Source: a virus
Taxonomy: Duplodnaviria; Caudoviricetes
DNA length: 64,000 nucleotides
IMG/VR virus record: IMGVR_UViG_3300021400_001346
Location: 32,001-96,000 of that record
Direction: 5' to 3' (one strand)
Part shown: in pieces, positions 1-8,303 of the stretch
Numbering within the stretch: the stretch's first letter is position 1
Layout: each line of letters opens with the position of its first letter
The notes under the pieces: generated by a model
What the model was told of the DNA's origin: nothing
Database searches by the model: none
What the model saw: only the letters and a program-made list of their open reading frames with translations
Made by a program: the position numbers and the translations under genes

Positions 1-82
1 GCCGCAGATCGAACCACGAAGTGGTGAGATGGAGAATCAAGCCCAACTAAATAAGAAGGCTGAAGTGATGACTCCAGCCTAA

Positions 83-538
83 TTATTTTAACTTATTCTT
101 TTTACTTGCTAACTCTGCCAACTTCGCCGCGCGTTTCTTTTCCAACTCGGCCTCGTGACGTGAACGTTCCTCTGCCTTAGCAAGACGCTTTGCAGTTTTT
201 TGGGCGCGCTCTTCATCGTAAGCAATGGCTTCAAGGAAGGGGTCAAAGTCAAGGCTTTTGATGGTGCTTTTTAACTCCCAACTAAATGTAAAACCACCAG
301 GTTCGTTTTCAACTGCGATGACGATGCCTTCTTTGGTTTCAAGAATGTCGAAATCGTCGCCTCATAGGGCTTTGAGGTCGCTAATAAGAGCCTCAAGTCC
401 GCGCTTACGAAGTTCATTACGAGCGCTTTGTTGAATAGTTACGGTGCCGGTGGAGGTAGTATTGGTAGCGTAGGTATTGATGGCTACTTCATGCAAGAAG
501 TCCTTAAAGAGAGAAGAACTATTATTACTTTCGTTCAT
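83..538 (-). CDS. Hypothetical protein, 151 aa, with a C-terminal charged coiled coil; one internal TGA (362-364)
   Basis: RBS AGGAGG before ATG 538, and a sigma70-like promoter (TTGACA-17-TATACT) at about 560-588. The frame stays open past TGA (..KAL*GDDFDILETKEG..) to TAA at 83. Confidence 0.75.
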
Positions 539-607
539 GTAATTTCCTCCTAACAGTATTAGTATATTTGAGAAAACTCGACTTGTCAAGCAAAAATTGG
601 TTTGGCA

Positions 608-641
608 AATAAAAAAGAAGGGACGATTGTCTCCCTTCTCT
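608..641 (-). terminator. Intrinsic terminator closing the ~700-nt non-coding transcript
   Basis: Minus strand GAGAAGGGA-GACAATCG-TCCCTTCT followed by a T-run. Confidence 0.8.
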
Positions 642-1323
642 ATTCGCAGTGGTTCATTATTTACTTTATGTTGCGTAGAACATCTGACGTAGCCGCAATG
701 TGGGTGGGAGATGGTATCTCCTCTTCGATGGTGCAAGGCCATCACCCCGTTCGATCGTGGGTCTAGTTTAGACCTGTTGCAGTATTTTCGGGCTTATCTG
801 ACTAGCCTTAGTAGCGAATGATGAGCGCTACGCCCACCAATAATAAGCATCGTTATTGGACTTAACCATTGACGGAGGTTGCCACCCGGAAGTTAGATAG
901 GAACTTCGCCTTGCTATTCGTAGGGTACTAGTATAATACTAACGGGCATAACTGACCGCATTGATTGTCTTCATTCGCAGTAGAAGGTAAGAACAATGAG
1001 ACTTATGTACTGCTTTGGTTGCGATGTTCATTTGACTTCGCCGTTAACGCGGACTGTCCACGCCAGTGAGCTAATTTTTGGTCTAGAAAATTAGATGAAA
1101 AGAATAGTTTGGTTTTTAGGCGTACGCTAGGATAGGTATCTATGGACTTACATACCATTGGGTAATGCCTCACCCTAACCCGAAATGTGATTTGGTTTTA
1201 GGCGTACACTAGGATAGGTTTTCTGGACTGACGCTTTAAAGCTGCCTACACCCAACCCGGTGATAGTAATGTCGCGAGTAAAGCCTTACAAACGCACGAT
1301 AGAGGTCTTTTTTAACTTTACTA
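610..1323 (-). ncRNA. Putative ~700-nt structured ncRNA, unclassified, with two tandem ~70-85-nt units at its 5' end
   Basis: Lies between a consensus promoter (1332-1360) and a terminator (608-641). No credible ORF or RBS, raised GC, at least 8 short hairpins. Confidence 0.6.
1107..1260 (-). repeat. Two imperfect tandem copies of a structured unit GGGTT(A)GGGTG(T)AGGC-[variable hairpin]-GTCCA..ACCTATCCTAGYGTACGCCTAAAA(A)CCAAA
   Basis: Direct alignment of 1191-1260 with 1108-1182. Confidence 0.85.
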
Positions 1324-1331
1324 TCTAATTT

Positions 1332-1360
1332 ATTATAACAAGTTTGCCAGGCTTAGTCAA
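1332..1360 (-). promoter_or_regulatory. sigma70/sigmaA promoter
   Basis: TTGACT-17 nt-TATAAT. Confidence 0.8.
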
Positions 1361-1466
1361 GCAATTCTTGATATAATCGAGAGAGTTATTCAATCGCGAT
1401 GAGGAAGGGTCGCTGCGCCTAGAGGGCGCGCTCCCCACTTCCTATCTTGTGTTTAGTTTAGCCTAA

Positions 1467-1982
1467 CTATTCGACTGGTGTTAAGTTAGCACTATTAACT
1501 CCGTCGCAAAGTGCGTAAGTATTAACTGTGCTGACTTTGATTGATGCTAATTCGACTTGGTCGCCTTTAGCGATATTACCTTTCTTAACGAGTCCGTTGA
1601 TACGTCCGCTAGAAAGTTTTTCAAGTTTCATGACATCTGCAAGTTCTTCAAGAGTGAAGCGACCTTCAAAACTTGCGGCTGCCTTTAAGACTTCTGCTTC
1701 ACCGTCAGTGTAGTTGTAGTTGCCTTTTCCATTTGGATTAGCGATTGGGTCAGCAGTAACGAAGGTATAAGTATTGACCTTACGTGTTGCTGGTTTGTTA
1801 ACTTCAACTGTTCCTGATGCAGCGATAAGTCCTTTTCTCATTGCGCCAACGATATGTCCAGCGACAAGTTTAAGACCTGTGCTTTCATTGAGTTGAGCAA
1901 GTGTTTGATTTGGTTGTGCTTCAAGTGCTTTAACGATAGCAATGTCATTTGCTGTGTAAACGATTTTCTTTTCTTTTGCCAT
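1467..1982 (-). CDS. Tandem double winged-helix-like DNA-binding protein, 171 aa
   Basis: Two internally similar halves (YT..E/D..I/V.KA..TL.EL....KL..G.I.G..KKG.I...V.....VNTY), similar to 5680, 8853 and 56845. RBS AAAGGAG before ATG 1982. Confidence 0.65.
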   Translation of the reverse strand: MAKEKKIVYTANDIAIVKALEAQPNQTLAQLNESTGLKLVAGHIVGAMRKGLIAASGTVEVNKPATRKVNTYTFVTADPIANPNGKGNYNYTDGEAEVLKAAASFEGRFTLEELADVMKLEKLSSGRINGLVKKGNIAKGDQVELASIKVSTVNTYALCDGVNSANLTPVE

Positions 1983-2143
1983 AATATTTTCTCCTTTGAT
2001 AAACCCCAACGTAGTTGTAAGGATCCCGGGGTCGGTCCTGAGAAGTAGTGAAGACTTAACTATTTCTTCTTTACTTCTTAACTATAATTATTATACGGTA
2101 GTTGCTCGGCTAATGCCAGAACAATTTTCATTTAGATGGATAA

Positions 2144-2371
2144 TTATTCCGTGCGCTGAATTGGGTGATTGCCTTGAATGACGGCGTCCTTAACCATTTC
2201 TAGCACTTGCTTCTTTGCGGTTCTCGCTGGCTGGTTAGGTATGGCGGCGGCGCTATATGAGTAGCCGTCGGCGCATTCGAAAGAGGCCGTCCAAGCATCA
2301 TTGACGTTTTTGTAATAATTAACATGCGCCTCAATATATTGCTCGTTAGTTAGTGGCTTTTTAGTTGGCAT
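2144..2371 (-). CDS. Hypothetical protein, 75 aa
   Basis: ORF with GGAGG RBS, overlapping the upstream gene. Confidence 0.6.
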   Translation of the reverse strand: MPTKKPLTNEQYIEAHVNYYKNVNDAWTASFECADGYSYSAAAIPNQPARTAKKQVLEMVKDAVIQGNHPIQRTE

Positions 2372-2672
2372 CGTCCTCGTCCTCCTTTGAATAGTAGAAG
2401 GCATCGTCACGCAAGTAAGCAGTTAATTCCTTGTCTTCCCATGGTGCTGGACGGACGTCTTCGAGGTCGCTATTGAACCAAATGTAGCCGCTACTTTCAT
2501 CGCAGGTAGTGTCATGAGCCTCGACGATGGTGCAATAGCCATCGCTACCAATACGGATTTCATAGCCCATGTCCATAAGAACATCGAGCAACTTGTTAAA
2601 ATTGCGGCGATCCTTCATTTCCTCTGGGGTGAATGGTATGCTTACATCTGGTCTGTGGTTATCTACTTTCAT
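2361..2672 (-). CDS. Hypothetical acidic protein, about 103 aa
   Basis: ORF directly after the sigma gene, GGAG RBS. Confidence 0.65.
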   Translation of the reverse strand: MKVDNHRPDVSIPFTPEEMKDRRNFNKLLDVLMDMGYEIRIGSDGYCTIVEAHDTTCDESSGYIWFNSDLEDVRPAPWEDKELTAYLRDDAFYYSKEDEDDAN

Positions 2673-2674
2673 AA

Positions 2675-3502
2675 TTATTTTCTCCTTTCCCAATTGAGTT
2701 TGATAGTTGATAAGGTTTCATTTAATATTTGACGGACACGTTCACGGGTGATGCCGAGTTCAAGTCCGATGGCTTCAAGTGTATGTTCAGAGCGCCAATC
2801 TTCTGGATCAGTAGGTTCGCCGAGTCCGAAACGCATTTTGATGATGGTTTGGACACGTGGTTTGAAGGTGCTGATGACAGACATAAGGCGGTCATGAGTT
2901 AAACTTTCTTCTGCGTAGCCGCTTGGTGTTGGTTCACTGGTATCGGCGCAAAGGTCGGACAAGGTGTCTTCACTGTCGTCGCCGAGTGGCATATCGATGC
3001 TGTAAGTGTCTGACTTCCAGCCGCGCAATGCTTCAACTTCATCTGCGGTAATACCCATGCGGGCCGCGATGGACTCGTTGGTGATGTCAACACCTTCGTT
3101 GGTGAGGTCGTTGATGGCCGCGCGATACTTTGAAAGTTTGGCGTAGATGTGGGCTGGAATACGAATATTACGACCCTTGTCGGTAATAGCTTTGGTGATG
3201 GCTTGTTTAATCCATGGAGTCGCGCAGGTGCTAAAACGATAGCCAAGGTCTGGGTTATATTTTTCTACTGCGGTGATAAGTCCGGTGTTGCCCTCCATGA
3301 TAAGGTCGAGCAAATCGAGATGTCTATTTTGATAGTTCTTCGCAATAGAAACAACTAGACGCAAGTTGCTATTGATAAGTTGTTCACGTGCGGCCGCATC
3401 GCCATTACGGTATTTATAGGCAAGGTCAAGTTCTTCCTCTGGTTTGAGAAGAGGATATTGACCGATGGTAATTAAATAATCTTTAAGTGTATTTGTGCTC
3501 AT
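2675..3502 (-). CDS. RNA polymerase sigma-70 family factor (RpoD/SigA-like, no region 1.1)
   Basis: Region 1.2 (DYLITIGQYPLL..EE), region 2 (LINSNLRLVVSIAK, DLIMEGNTGL..AVEKY, RFSTCATPWIKQAI), region 4 (TLEAIGLELGITRERVRQI). Confidence 0.95.
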   Translation of the reverse strand: MSTNTLKDYLITIGQYPLLKPEEELDLAYKYRNGDAAAREQLINSNLRLVVSIAKNYQNRHLDLLDLIMEGNTGLITAVEKYNPDLGYRFSTCATPWIKQAITKAITDKGRNIRIPAHIYAKLSKYRAAINDLTNEGVDITNESIAARMGITADEVEALRGWKSDTYSIDMPLGDDSEDTLSDLCADTSEPTPSGYAEESLTHDRLMSVISTFKPRVQTIIKMRFGLGEPTDPEDWRSEHTLEAIGLELGITRERVRQILNETLSTIKLNWERRK

Positions 3503-3540
3503 TTGCTTAAATCTCCTTTTTTAACTTTCCTTATACTAAT

Positions 3541-3686
3541 ATTATACATGATAATTTGCACTTGGTCAACAAATTTTTGCCCGGCCTGAATAACTTTTCG
3601 CGGCGAGCAACGCGCACTATCCCAATTTAATATTAGGTTTTTATTATTTATATATTAATTATATAGTAGAAGCACGGCTTCGTCAA
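3541..3686 (-). promoter_or_regulatory. Two tandem sigma70-type promoters upstream of the sigma gene
   Basis: TTGACC-17-TATAAT (about 3541-3569) and TTGACG-17-TATAAT (about 3658-3686). Confidence 0.7.
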
Positions 3687-3846
3687 CAATTTTTGCAGCA
3701 TAATCAACAAATTTCCGTCTAGCCCTGAGCAGCTGCTGAGCGCCGCGGAGTGGTAAGCCAAGTCCTGCTGCTGCCGGGAGTGAATGGCATGCCAATCGCT
3801 GCTTCTACCTAAGCCCACCCAACGTCGGGTCGGTCGGGGCAGACGG

Positions 3847-3937
3847 AAAAAGCCTAGTCAGTTTCGACTAGGCCAAACCCAAATAAAAAGGTCCCCTTGC
3901 AGGACCCGGTTCATAAAAAGATTGCGGCAACAATCTT
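3847..3937 (-). terminator. Three stacked intrinsic terminators
   Basis: Minus strand AAGATTG..CAATCTTTTT, GGTCC..GGACCTTTTT and GCCTAGTC..GACTAGGCTTTTT. Confidence 0.8.
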
Positions 3938-4586
3938 ACGTGGTATTGCCGTACCACGATTTACCGCTACATCTGCTGATGCTCACTTTCCGCGGCGAGA
4001 CGACCATTTCTATTTTACGCCACATGGTCGAGGAGTAGTTGGTCAATATTATTTTAGTTACTTGTTTGACTAAGCGCTTGCAACCATCGCGCTAAATCAG
4101 GGGTGCCCAATCCGCATCTGTTTTATTTTCTGTGGTACAGTCCCACGGACCATGCCGGTTTCTCTCCGGCGCCTCCGTGCCCAGGAGTCAGGGTGTCGTC
4201 AGCACATCGTTGGTCCTAGACGGTTGCGGCCGCCACAGACCATTGCCACCTGGATAGTTTTCAAGGCACTATCAATCGCCATCGGAGTTACCTTTGTCAG
4301 CGGCTCCTCAATATGACATATTCTTTCATTAGCGCTCTACCCTTACACGTCGGGTAATTAGCCGCGCTCCTCTACTACTTGCTGCGTGTCAGCTGCACCA
4401 CGTTTGGCCGAATCTCGGGACATACGTGTTACGTCTGTGCCTAACGGTAGATTACGCTCTACTGCACTGCACCGTGTTCTTCCCAGCCGAATTGGTCATG
4501 CCAATTTCTTACTCAACCTTAGTCCTGGTAGCCGAGATATACACGTCACGTTCGTGCGTCCGGCAAGTTATTGCTCTTGCTGCGCT

Positions 4587-4676
4587 AATTCTATACTTCA
4601 ATCGGAGTTGAACCGTCTATTCATCCTAGTCCCTTTGCTAGGCGCGCCTTTCCGCTCGGCCATTTATCATAGAATT
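4587..4676 (-). ncRNA. Degenerate tRNA-like element; anticodon not assignable
   Basis: D arm TGGCCGAGCGGAAAGGC, stem CCTAG/CTAGG with an 8-nt loop, T loop GGTTCAACTCC, outer stem AATTCTAT/ATAGAATT. Acceptor stem irregular. Confidence 0.6.
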
Positions 4677-4732
4677 CGGGAATTAATACTAATGTGGAGG
4701 TTGCCTCCACCCCGCATCGTCTGCGGATGCCT

Positions 4733-4819
4733 TAGTAGCCAATCGGAGTCGAACCGACATCTTCCTCTATCCGGTTTAGGGTGCTCTGTCCGCGGGTATT
4801 GCCCTTGAGCTATGGCACT
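4733..4819 (-). ncRNA. Degenerate tRNA-like element with an enlarged D loop
   Basis: AGTGCCA-TA-GCTC-[20-nt loop containing GGG-CAATA-CCC]-GAGC-A-bulged anticodon arm (loop AACCGGA)-GTCGG-TTCGACT-CCGAT-TGGCTACT. Confidence 0.65.
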
Positions 4820-5153
4820 GTATATGCTTTATAGTGCATTGGCTAGCACTTCGTTGACTTAGTGCAGTTTTGGTTGTTTAAAGGGGCGTTACTCCCTGCC
4901 AGCTAGTTTCTTGTCCACCCTCCGATCCTGTAAACCGAAGGGGCGGCGCACGACTGCCGCGTCGGAATGATTGGGGTCTATCCTACCCAGTGAGGTCTCG
5001 CTCACTTCGAGAGTCGCTTTGGCTAGATGCTATGCTCATCGTCCGGGTGTTTAGTCTCTTAAGCCCAACTACTTAACGGCTAGTTAACCGACAGCAGGCT
5101 CTTTCACGTTTTGACGTCTTAGTATTCACCCTGGTTACTGCTGCGTGGGTGTT

Positions 5154-5202
5154 TTGGGACCAGCCAAGGAGTTAAACCTCGGACTACCAGTCGTGCCGGC
5201 CA
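5154..5202 (-). ncRNA. Minimal tRNA-like domain (acceptor stem plus T arm, no anticodon arm)
   Basis: GGCCGGC..CTGGTAG..CCGAGG-TTTAACT-CCTTG-GCTGGTC-CCAA. Confidence 0.4.
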
Positions 5203-5420
5203 TAGTTATCATGGGGAAGAGTTGCAGGTAATCTGCCTGCCTCTTGCTACGGGGAATTTAAGCCCGTGCTCGGCGATTTCTCTGAGGTACGTTGTCCCCG
5301 CCTTGCGGCTGCCGGTCATTGGGTTCCAACCCATGTAATAGGGTGCTCTCTTCTTTGTTTTTTAACGAGGGGTATACGCCGAGCAGGGAGATGTTCCTCA
5401 ATTAATTTCTTACTATATTT

Positions 5421-5449
5421 ATTATACTACTTCGTGGCGGCTTAGTCAA
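5421..5449 (-). promoter_or_regulatory. sigma70 promoter for the 1.5-kb ncRNA
   Basis: TTGACT-17-TATAAT with no downstream ORF. Confidence 0.8.
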
Positions 5450-5639
5450 CAACTTCTTCAGTAATTTCGTACATATTGTCGAAGTCGAGCCAATAATGAC
5501 CGCTCTCTTGGTCTCCAACTATGCGGTATTGATTGTAGTTGGTGGTCGCCATTTCTTTAACCCAGGCGTTGAATTGGGCTTGGTCCATGACTATGGTGGC
5601 GCCGCCGTAGCAACGTCTAACTGTATATCTTTTGTTCAT
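5442..5639 (-). CDS. Hypothetical protein, 65 aa
   Basis: ORF with AAGGAG RBS. Confidence 0.6.
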   Translation of the reverse strand: MNKRYTVRRCYGGATIVMDQAQFNAWVKEMATTNYNQYRIVGDQESGHYWLDFDNMYEITEEVVD

Positions 5640-5679
5640 CTGTAATGGTGCTCCTTCCTGGGTGGTGCGACCAGCAAGA

Positions 5680-5928
5680 CTATTCAGTCTTGCTAGTTTC
5701 TAACGCAGTGTTGCCTAAAGCATATTCGGCAACTTCAACGTAAACGGTCTTTGCGACCTTGCGGGTACCGACCTTAACTAAGATACCTGCGGCGACCATA
5801 GCATTAGTAGTGCCGGTCTTAACTTCCTTGCCGACCTTTTCGCTGATTTCGGCTAAAGTCATGCCCTTTTCGGCTCCCTTTAATGCATTAACGACTGCAA
5901 CTCTAGTTTCATTTACTTTAACGTTCAT
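5680..5928 (-). CDS. Small winged-helix-like DNA-binding protein, 82 aa
   Basis: GMTLAEISEKVGKEVKTGTTNAMVAAGIL; paralogue of 8853..9128; strong RBS. Confidence 0.7.
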   Translation of the reverse strand: MNVKVNETRVAVVNALKGAEKGMTLAEISEKVGKEVKTGTTNAMVAAGILVKVGTRKVAKTVYVEVAEYALGNTALETSKTE

Positions 5929-5962
5929 AATCTTTTCTCCTTTCCTTAATCCTTATATTAAT

Positions 5963-6196
5963 ATTATACACCTTTTATTCGGTCTAGTCAAGAGTTATTT
6001 TGACTAGGTAGTTAATTTTTTAAGATGTATCTTTTTACTTCTTATTAACTAACTACATATATATTATACACCTTTTATTGGGTTTGGTCAATTGCAAATC
6101 TTGGCTAAGTAGTTTGCATTTTTGCGACCGTAAGATGTTTTCTTTTCTTCACCACCTTACATATAATATTATACGCCAAAACTTCGACTATGTCCA
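5963..6196 (-). promoter_or_regulatory. Three stacked promoters about 100 bp apart upstream of the wHTH gene
   Basis: TTGACT, TTGACC and TGGACA, each -17-TATAAT, at about 5963-5991, 6063-6091 and 6168-6196; no ORFs between them. Confidence 0.75.
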
Positions 6197-6237
6197 TTGT
6201 AAAAACTGGCTAGATAAGTTTGCATTTCTTGGCTTCC

Positions 6238-6430
6238 TGCTGCTTCTATGCAAGTTAGTCTTGACAAACCCGGCCCGAAGGGCAGACGGAAAATAAGCAC
6301 AACTCGGTAGAAAAGTCAAGCAAAAAATTGTGAAAGCGCTTTCTTGCTGCTGCTTCTCAAAAAACTCTTGACAAATCCGGATTTTTGGGGGCAGACGGAA
6401 ACAGACGGATCCGTCGGGCCAGACGGAACG
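6238..6430 (+). repeat. Two copies of CTGCTGCTTCT..CTTGACAAA.CCGG..GGGCAGACGGAAA plus clustered AGACGG motifs, oriented opposite to the array downstream
   Basis: Copies at 6238-6292 and 6346-6401, further AGACGG at about 6403 and 6421, palindrome GACGGATCCGTC. A related copy lies at 3798-3850. Confidence 0.8.
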
Positions 6431-6609
6431 CCGCGAAAAAAAGACGACCGAAGTGGTCATCTATCTTTTCTTTGGTTTCGTTCTTTTATTTTTGCCAGGC
6501 TTGAAATATGGATGCGGCAACAAGTCTTGACCGCTATAACTATTAGTATGGTAAGGACCTATTGACCCCAGCAAGTATAATAAGTTTCTTTGTGATGATT
6601 TCATATTTA

Positions 6610-6849
6610 CTACCTCTCATGATATGCGGCATCAAGCCATAGGTTAGTCCAGTGCCAACCTTTAATCGTGTCTTCTACCACCGCGGCATCTGTAATTTCA
6701 TACCAGCCATAAGGTTCTCTGTCAGTAGACCTAATAACAACTACATCATTTGGATTTGCTTTGCGAAGTACACTCATTAATTCTTTTACAGTCATTGTGT
6801 GGTCAGTGGCGGAGACCGAGACCACGGCTTTATTTTTGGAAAGCATCAT
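6610..6849 (-). CDS. Hypothetical protein, about 79 aa
   Basis: ORF; MTVKELMSVLRKANPNDVVVI resembles small phage proteins. Confidence 0.55.
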   Translation of the reverse strand: MMLSKNKAVVSVSATDHTMTVKELMSVLRKANPNDVVVIRSTDREPYGWYEITDAAVVEDTIKGWHWTNLWLDAAYHER

Positions 6850-7294
6850 AACTTTCTCCCATCCGTCTACTTGGTCTGTCATGAGCAAACAACCATGCGC
6901 CCTTATTTTGAATATAAACAGTAAAGTTTTCATTGTTATAGGTAAAATCTATATAATCGCCGAAGCATTTACTGTGATTTCTTTCAGTAATAACTATACC
7001 TTTATAATTGTGGTATTTTTCCCACACTTTACTTTTTATTGAAGGAAGTTGTATAGCAATTTTTCCGTCTACTGGTAAATGGTTATAATCAAACCCTACA
7101 TTTGGTTTTAAATTACTGAAAACTCGGTCAAAACGATTTTCTCTGATGGCATCTAAACATCCGTCTAAGATATCTTCAGGAGTAACTGCCATTGTATAAG
7201 TATTAGTAACGGTTGTTTTTGTATGTTTTAGTTTTCCGTCTGCATCATAAGATGCGTATGTAATAGTTGTTTCTTGTCTTTCTAAGATTTTCAT
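6830..7294 (-). CDS. Hypothetical protein, about 154 aa
   Basis: ORF with GGAGGG RBS. Confidence 0.65.
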   Translation of the reverse strand: MKILERQETTITYASYDADGKLKHTKTTVTNTYTMAVTPEDILDGCLDAIRENRFDRVFSNLKPNVGFDYNHLPVDGKIAIQLPSIKSKVWEKYHNYKGIVITERNHSKCFGDYIDFTYNNENFTVYIQNKGAWLFAHDRPSRRMGESYDAFQK

Positions 7295-7313
7295 AACTTC
7301 CGTCTCCCTCCGT

Positions 7314-7595
7314 CTAGTCTTCACCTAATTCTAATTCTTCTTTTGCCATTGCAATGAATTGGTCTTTACTTAAATCTAACTTGGCATTAAGTATTTCTGA
7401 TACTTCATAAGGGCTTACACTTGAATATATTGCGCCGTCCATATCTACAAACTTATAATTCCAATAGATTTGTTCTAATATTTCAGTGTCGCTCCAATCT
7501 GGATAATTATCACGATACCAATCATATTCTTGGCGCAAATTTTCTTCGTCTAGGTCAATTGTAAACTCTTGATTAATACTAAAAGTCAATTGCAT
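7314..7595 (-). CDS. Hypothetical acidic protein, 93 aa
   Basis: ORF with AAGGAG RBS; D/E-rich. Confidence 0.65.
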   Translation of the reverse strand: MQLTFSINQEFTIDLDEENLRQEYDWYRDNYPDWSDTEILEQIYWNYKFVDMDGAIYSSVSPYEVSEILNAKLDLSKDQFIAMAKEELELGED

Positions 7596-7613
7596 ACCTT
7601 CTTCTCCTTCCGT

Positions 7614-8231
7614 CTAGGCGCGGGCTAATTCCCACGCCTTTAATAAAATTGCTAACTCAATTTTACTATCTTCAAGTGCCGTGTGTTCTTCCTTATAGTC
7701 CGTCTGACCAGTTAAGTATCTAAACACGGTTTCGGCTTTTGCTTGGCAACGAGGTCTTTTGTGTTTTGTCATAAAGCCGTTTTTTCTACAAAATGTTTTA
7801 TACTCTTCCGTCTCAGTGATATGTGGGTCGGTTAAACCTTTCCATATATCTTTAATTCCGTCTGCGGTTGGATTGGTTTTGCTGTTAAGTTTTTCGCAAG
7901 TCTTTGCAATCGCACGGGTATCAAAGCGTGAATTATAAGCATAAATTCCGTCTACGCCATATTTATTCATATCTCGTTTTAACATACGCAAGATATAAGA
8001 CCATTTGGTTTTCTTACAATATCCGTCTGCTAAACGTTGGTAATAAATTGGCAACTTGTTGGCATAATATGCGGTCTTCATGAGGTTGGCATTATCAAAG
8101 ATTTCGCTGGTGAGATAATCACGAGCCTTAATGATGTTGTCCGTCTCACTATCGTAAACGACATAGCCTAAGTCGTAAACTGATGGGTTGAATACCCCTA
8201 ATGTTTCAGTGTCAAGAACAATAATTTTCAT
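7614..8231 (-). CDS. DEDDh 3'-5' exonuclease
   Basis: ExoI VLDTET, ExoII AYNSRFD, ExoIII HTALED. Confidence 0.9.
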   Translation of the reverse strand: MKIIVLDTETLGVFNPSVYDLGYVVYDSETDNIIKARDYLTSEIFDNANLMKTAYYANKLPIYYQRLADGYCKKTKWSYILRMLKRDMNKYGVDGIYAYNSRFDTRAIAKTCEKLNSKTNPTADGIKDIWKGLTDPHITETEEYKTFCRKNGFMTKHKRPRCQAKAETVFRYLTGQTDYKEEHTALEDSKIELAILLKAWELARA

Positions 8232-8303
8232 GTCCGTCTGGTTCCCCTTTCTCTCTTTCTTTTTTCTTCTTTATGATAATATTATATCATGAATAGATAT
8301 TGC

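Larger units (their letters stand above)
3915..5413 (-). ncRNA. Putative ~1.5-kb structured non-coding transcript, unclassified, possibly several RNAs, with embedded tRNA-like domains
   Basis: Promoter at 5421-5449 and triple terminator at 3847-3937. GC far above the flanking genes, dense hairpins, long-range complementarity (CTCCCTGC near 5390 with GCAGGGAG near 4895; TGCTCGGCG with CGCCGAGCA). No minus-strand ORF of 60 aa or more in the track. Confidence 0.7.

Noticed and set aside
1-45. Possible tRNA T loop (GGTTCGATC on minus) at the window edge
   Set aside because: No D or anticodon arm is evident and the sequence is truncated
539-745. N-terminal extension of track ORF 362..745
   Set aside because: It runs through a terminator and a promoter; the real start is ATG 538 with an RBS
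1107-1230. Mini CRISPR array (repeat starts GTTTTAG)
   Set aside because: Only two imperfect copies, the would-be spacer is itself partly conserved and pairs with the repeat, and no cas genes are present
3784-4808. Plus-strand ORFs 3784..4038, 4386..4808 and 4426..4611
   Set aside because: No RBS, atypical composition, antisense to the structured transcript
4587-4819. Functional tRNA genes or a UCA suppressor tRNA
   Set aside because: Anticodon arms are non-canonical, acceptor stems are bulged, and no TCA anticodon is seen
3915-5413. RNase P RNA, tmRNA or a group I intron
   Set aside because: I could not find the diagnostic conserved motifs by eye (e.g. GAGGAAAGTCC); an Rfam scan is needed to exclude them firmly
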